Position numbers and translations under genes: made by a program. Below the pieces are notes generated by a model. The model was not told where the DNA came from and ran no database searches. It saw nothing but the letters and a program-made list of their open reading frames with translations. A DNA stretch of 52,174 nt from positions 1 through 52,174 of the forward strand of contig JAFGND010000036.1 of NCBI GenBank assembly GCA_016927185.1, read 5' to 3'. The DNA is from Candidatus Coatesbacteria bacterium (GTDB lineage: Bacteria; JAFGND01). Positions within the stretch are counted from its first letter, which is position 1. Every line of letters begins with the position of its first letter. This document shows, one piece after another, positions 47,383-52,174 of the stretch.

Positions 47383-49113
47383 TTATCGTCTTCCCAGAAG
47401 TTTTTCAAGTTCATGCAGGGGGAATTTTATAAAAATCGGTCTGCCATGGGGACAGAAATTTGGTTCCTTGCATGCAAACAATTTATCAACAAGATTATTC
47501 ATTTCAACAAGTTCCATTTTCTTCCCGGCTTTTATTGCTGCCTTGCATGAAACAGTTGCAATAACTTTCTTTCTAAGCTCCTCTCTTCTTGTCTTTGGAT
47601 CAATATCTTCAAGAATCTCCTTGATTGATTCTTGTGAAAAGGATTCTCCATCTATTTCAGGAACAGCATCAACAACAATCATTCTTTCTCCAAATACCTT
47701 TATCTCGAAGCCTATCTCAGATAACAGGTCCTTCAGTTCATCAAGTCTTGCAACCATTTCAGGTTCCACTTCTATCATCAAGGGAAATACTATTCTCTGT
47801 GATGTTATTTTCTTGCTTTTGAGTTTTTTTTCTATATCTTCATAAATAACTCTCTCATGTGCATTATGCTGGTCTATTATAAGAAGACCTCCATGGGTTG
47901 CAGTTAAAATATAGCTGTCATGCAATTGCCAGAGATCCAGCTGAACCAGGTTGTTCTTGATTTTATCTTCGATTTTTTCTGCATCAAACAGGGCATTATC
48001 TTCAAAAACCTCTGCCCTGGAAAGCGTTCTTGAGAAAGGAGAGAAGGTCTCTGATTGTGTATAGGATACATCCCTTGTCTTGAGAGATGGCTGGAGACTT
48101 CTTCCTATCTCCTTTCTTATTGCTCTCACAATTTCCCTGAAAAGCATATCTCTTTTATAGAACTCCACCTGAGTTTTTCTTGGATGAACATTTATATCAA
48201 CATCATTCAAATCGAGATGCATGAAGAATGCTCCTGCTGGATACTCACTGCTTTCCAGCCCCAGACCCTGCTTGATTGCTGCAAGAATTAATCTGCTTTC
48301 TATAGGTCTCTTATTAAGGTATAAGAAAAATTTCCTGTTATCCTTGAAAGTATAGTCAGGCAAGCCCAGAAATCCATTGAACTGACATAATGTCTTGCCA
48401 TTCACATCATGATCGATAGGGAAAAGATTGTCCTTTACTTCAGCAGACCATACCTCAAGCAATCTTGAAAGAAGGGATTCCTGGGGATGAAGATCAAGAA
48501 CCATTTTGTCATTATGCATAACCTGCAGTTTTATATGTGGGAATGCAATCACAATCTTTTCTATTTCTCTCATAATGTAAGAAAGCTCAGTTCTGTCGGA
48601 TTTGAGAAATTTAAGTCTTGCCGGAGTATTAAAAAAAAGCTGCTCTATCCTTATGGTTGTTCCCGGGGAGCGCACTTCAGTTCTTCCCTCTGTTATCTTT
48701 CCTGCATCAAGTCTTATGATGTAACCTGAATCTTCCTTTGCAATCCTGCTTATGACTGTCATTAATGAGACAGATGCAATGCTTGCCAGAGCTTCTCCGC
48801 GAAAACCGAATGAGGAAAGCGATGACAGGTCAGATAAATCGTATATTTTAGATGTAGTGTGACGTTTTACTGCAAGAAACATCTCTTCCTCAGTCATTCC
48901 GTATCCGTTATCAGAGATCTCGATGAGTTTCTTGCCGCTTTCCTCCAGTTTTATTATAATCCTGTCTGCTCCTGCATCAAGAGAATTCTCCAGTATTTCC
49001 TTGAGAGCAAATGCAGGTCTTTCAATTATTTCTCCGGCAGCTATCTGGTCAATAACTGATGAAGCAAGTGTATGTATTCTTCCCGCTTTTTCTTTTTCTA
49101 TCATGTCATCCAT
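47383..49113 (-). CDS. mutL: DNA mismatch repair protein MutL
   Basis: IAAGEIIERP, ENSLDAGA, GFRGEALASI, DINVHP, DQHNAHER, CPHGRP. Confidence 0.97.
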   Translation of the reverse strand: MDDMIEKEKAGRIHTLASSVIDQIAAGEIIERPAFALKEILENSLDAGADRIIIKLEESGKKLIEISDNGYGMTEEEMFLAVKRHTTSKIYDLSDLSSLSSFGFRGEALASIASVSLMTVISRIAKEDSGYIIRLDAGKITEGRTEVRSPGTTIRIEQLFFNTPARLKFLKSDRTELSYIMREIEKIVIAFPHIKLQVMHNDKMVLDLHPQESLLSRLLEVWSAEVKDNLFPIDHDVNGKTLCQFNGFLGLPDYTFKDNRKFFLYLNKRPIESRLILAAIKQGLGLESSEYPAGAFFMHLDLNDVDINVHPRKTQVEFYKRDMLFREIVRAIRKEIGRSLQPSLKTRDVSYTQSETFSPFSRTLSRAEVFEDNALFDAEKIEDKIKNNLVQLDLWQLHDSYILTATHGGLLIIDQHNAHERVIYEDIEKKLKSKKITSQRIVFPLMIEVEPEMVARLDELKDLLSEIGFEIKVFGERMIVVDAVPEIDGESFSQESIKEILEDIDPKTRREELRKKVIATVSCKAAIKAGKKMELVEMNNLVDKLFACKEPNFCPHGRPIFIKFPLHELEKLLGRR

Positions 49114-49257
49114 GCTTACTCCCTTCGCATAATTCATGGAATATTGTCAATAGTAATTGATAAATGTCTGCCTGTAAAGCTTTTGTATTGAATTTTTCAC
49201 TTTTGCCAGCTTCAATGTATTGACAAATTGTGGATAAATAGAAAAGGCGTTTTGCTG

Positions 49258-50451
49258 ATGAGTGACTTCAAGAGAAATCTACTGCTCTTTCTTATAGGTG
49301 TTTTCTGCTTCGGTTTGTTTGACGGTATAATGACAAGCACTTTCAACAATTTCCTGAATGACCGATTTGGTCTCAATGCTGAGGAAAGAGGTCAGCTTGA
49401 ATTTCCCAGAGAGTTGCCAGGCTTGTCAATAGCATTGGTTACAGGTTCAATTGCATTTTTTGCTATTAACAAGCAGGCTTTTCTTGCCACCCTTTTCAGC
49501 GCAATAGGAGCTTTGGGATTAAGCCAGTTCATAAGAATAGATGGTATTCCCAATTTCACTCTCCTGATTTTTTTCATGCTTTTCTGGGCTATGGGGGATC
49601 ATCTTTTCATACCAGTCAGAGACAGTCTTGCATTGAAATTCTCTTCCCGTAACAGGGAAGGGCACAGATTAGGTCAGGTTGAAGGAATGAGGATGTCTGC
49701 ATATATAGTCGGAAGCGGATTTGTCTGGCTCTTGATGGGTAAATTTTTTAAAAACAAGCTATCCATGCTAAAATACGAGGATTTATATCTCCTGGCTTCG
49801 TCATTTGTACTTGTTGGTTCTGTACTATTTCTTTTCATGAAAGTATCAAATCCTTCTGTTCAGACAAGGAGATTTGTATTCAGGAAGGAATACAAATTGT
49901 ATTATCTTCTTAACATTTTCTTTGGAGGGAGAAAGCAACTATTCCTGACATTCGGTCCATGGGTCTTGATTACAAAATTTGGGGCTACTCCATCAAACAT
50001 AGCAGGTCTTATAATGATTGCAAGCATTATTGGGGTTTTCTTCAGACCCTTGCTTGGCAAAGCAGTGGATAAATTTGGTGAGAGGCTGACTATGATTGTA
50101 GATGGAGTTGTGCTTATGATTATATGCATGGGTTATGCACTTGGAGAACAACTGCTTGGCAAGGGCAATGCCTTCTACCTTTTATGCACATGTTATGTCA
50201 TAGACAATCTCTTCTTTGCAGTAAGGATAGCAAGAACAACTTATCTCAAGAAGATATTGGTGGACAAAGAGGACTTGATTCCAACCTTGTCATTTGGAGT
50301 ATCAATAGATCATATAGTTTCCATGACATTACCGATTTTAGGTGGATTTATCTGGAAAGTGGTAAATTATCAGGCAGTTTTCTGGTTTGCTTCATTAATA
50401 GCAATCATGATCATCTTGACATCCTGGAGAATTGAAACCAGGAGAGATTAG
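49258..50451 (+). CDS. MFS transporter
   Basis: ~12 TM helices; LEFPRELPG, GKAVDKFGER. Confidence 0.9.
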   Translation: MSDFKRNLLLFLIGVFCFGLFDGIMTSTFNNFLNDRFGLNAEERGQLEFPRELPGLSIALVTGSIAFFAINKQAFLATLFSAIGALGLSQFIRIDGIPNFTLLIFFMLFWAMGDHLFIPVRDSLALKFSSRNREGHRLGQVEGMRMSAYIVGSGFVWLLMGKFFKNKLSMLKYEDLYLLASSFVLVGSVLFLFMKVSNPSVQTRRFVFRKEYKLYYLLNIFFGGRKQLFLTFGPWVLITKFGATPSNIAGLIMIASIIGVFFRPLLGKAVDKFGERLTMIVDGVVLMIICMGYALGEQLLGKGNAFYLLCTCYVIDNLFFAVRIARTTYLKKILVDKEDLIPTLSFGVSIDHIVSMTLPILGGFIWKVVNYQAVFWFASLIAIMIILTSWRIETRRD

Positions 50452-51306
50452 CTATTTCTTTGTGAAGCCCCACTTTTTCCATATATACATGGAAATCAAT
50501 ATTGAAACAAGAGTTGAGGCGAAAAACAACATGAGTATTGTAGTAGTAGAACTGTGCTCAGCTATCTTCGATACTCCATATAAAGTTGCCACAGTGTTGG
50601 GAATTGCTATCACGTTTGCAATGATTGTAAGTATTGCCATTATTCTTGTCAGTTTTTCCATATTCTTGTTCAATTGCGATGTAGATGCTACATCCTTGTC
50701 ATATTTAAGATCTGTTATATATCTTCTCAGTGACATGCATCTGTCCAGAAGATGTTGCGTTTTTGCAGCCACTACATCAAAATCATACTCTGCAATACTT
50801 GAATTAACGAAACTGAATTTGCTGTCTTTTATAGAAACAACTATTTCCTTGAAATCCTCAACCAGGTTTGTTACCTGCCTGAGTAGCATTGCCTGATCCT
50901 CAAGAGCATCAACATTTATGTCATATCTTTTTATTGTCTTCTCATCTATTTCAGAGAGAATGGAATGAATTTTTTTTATGCATTCATTATAATTTTCAAG
51001 GACTTTTTCTGAAACTACAAGAAAAAGAACTGTTGATTCCCCATCAGGATCCTTAAGCACTTTCTCATATGACTTCAGGTAATTGGTCCACTTGATTCCT
51101 GAATATACGTAATTATCCTTGTTACTGAGTATCATGATATTATTCGTCTCTATGCCTGAAAAATTCTTGAAGTTGACTATCATGAATTCATCATATCCTT
51201 CATAGAAATTCATGTTTAGAGTTGTCAGATCAGAGACATCTTCTATAAGTTTTTCCTGTGCGAGTTTTTCCTGGAACTCCTTGAAACTAGTGAATTCATA
51301 AATCAT
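50452..51306 (-). CDS. CorA-like divalent cation transporter (divergent)
   Basis: Soluble helical N domain, LNKNMEKLT, two C-terminal TMs, P-TVATLYG, terminal WKKWG. Confidence 0.7.
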   Translation of the reverse strand: MIYEFTSFKEFQEKLAQEKLIEDVSDLTTLNMNFYEGYDEFMIVNFKNFSGIETNNIMILSNKDNYVYSGIKWTNYLKSYEKVLKDPDGESTVLFLVVSEKVLENYNECIKKIHSILSEIDEKTIKRYDINVDALEDQAMLLRQVTNLVEDFKEIVVSIKDSKFSFVNSSIAEYDFDVVAAKTQHLLDRCMSLRRYITDLKYDKDVASTSQLNKNMEKLTRIMAILTIIANVIAIPNTVATLYGVSKIAEHSSTTTILMLFFASTLVSILISMYIWKKWGFTKK

Positions 51307-51722
51307 GTCGCACCTCCCTTGAATAAGCTGTATCAGAAAAAGACTAAAATTATTGATTTAGATTGCAATACTGCAATATATTTGATTGGATCTTATATTT
51401 CGAGCAAATGAACACAAATATTATATCTGCTTCTTCATTTTCCATATTTCCATGTTGCCTGAGATTTTGAAGTAACTTTTGTCAACAGAAAATTATTCGG
51501 GTTTTAACTATCCCTTCAAGACATAATTAATTGACTTTTAAAAATTCAATTTTTTTCTCCCCCAATGCGTATTAATCAAATAGTTTCAAGAGCAATACCA
51601 CAAATGAGGGGCTTTTTTCTAAGTGCTTAATAAACATGGATTTATCTTGCTGCTAATCAGTCCAGCAAGGAAATCCCTAAATACTTTACAAACCATCATT
51701 AGAAAAAACTTCTTGTTGACAC

Positions 51723-52086
51723 CTCACCCCTATCCCCTCTCCTGCAAGGAGAGGGGAATGATGGATTATCTGCTAGCTTCTTCCTTCTCCTTGGGGGATA
51801 AGGATTGAGGATGAGGGCTAGAAATAAAACCTTACCCCCTGCCAATTTGCATGAACCTCACCCCTAGCCCCTCTCCTTGTAGGAGAGGGGAGTCTGGAAG
51901 ACGGGGTGAGGTTAATATAATTTTTTCCCTGAAATAATTATATGGAAAACCTTAGATAATGATTTACTGATAAGAGTCTGATTTCAATATGAATCAAAGG
52001 AATTATATAAAACATAGCTTTTCACTATTGTTTATTTATGCATACAGGAGATATGAATCTCAGTATATAATTATAAAGAAAAGGTC
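51723..52086. repeat. Right copy of ~360-bp imperfect inverted repeat with three BoxC/REP-like units (51722-51756, 51782-51817, 51856-51890)
   Basis: Reverse complement of 1..355. Confidence 0.95.
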
Positions 52087-52088
52087 AC

Positions 52089-52173
52089 AAAAGTTACTAC
52101 TTTTATATACTTTTGTATACTTTTATGGTAAAAGTAATGTAATTATTTAGAATAATTATTTTTTCCCTTGACA
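52089..52173 (+). promoter_or_regulatory. Phased TACTTTT repeats and a -35 element pointing out of the window
   Basis: TACTTTT at 52098, 52108, 52118; inverted AAAAGTA at 52130; TTGACA at 52168. Confidence 0.5.
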
Positions 52174-52174
52174 A

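Noticed and set aside
51623..51808. 61-aa ORF
   Set aside because: C-terminal half is just the translation of the BoxC-like palindromes (PHPYPLSCKERG)
1..52174. Linear plasmid, phage or transposon with terminal inverted repeats
   Set aside because: Interior is core chromosomal genes and tRNAs with no transposase, integrase, terminal protein or phage genes; the repeats are imperfect and not flush with both ends

Overview
AT-rich chromosomal segment from a Gram-negative, probably anaerobic bacterium. An FCB-superphylum or related candidate lineage is inferred from the LpxC-FabZ fusion, a T9SS-type C-terminal tail and a Bacteroidota-type 'asparagine synthetase B' protein. Content is mostly housekeeping: smpB, 3 tRNAs, lpxK, lpxC-fabZ, bamA/skp/skp, dut, pcm, rsmD, yqgF, trxA, priA, ribF, nadC, dprA, mutL. 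Notable points: (1) both ends carry imperfect inverted copies of one ~360-bp non-coding element containing three BoxC/REP-like hairpins; (2) a methanogen-type sulfide-to-homocysteine operon (DUF39 lacking CBS, NIL-ferredoxin, UPF0280) follows an unusual periodic leader; (3) an iron locus joins an uncharacterised Fur/DUF5320/NifX-like/ferredoxin-ATPase/NifU operon to divergent feoAB, with separate Fur-like and DtxR-like operators, a duplicated promoter, a shared N-terminal peptide motif and a probable ABC-transporter deletion scar; (4) several intact ORFs have lost catalytic residues (orphan HEPN behind trxA, McsB-like kinase, alpha/beta hydrolase, CorA without GMN). No integrase, transposase, phage gene or CRISPR array was seen. 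All family calls come from recognising motifs by eye; no database searches were run.
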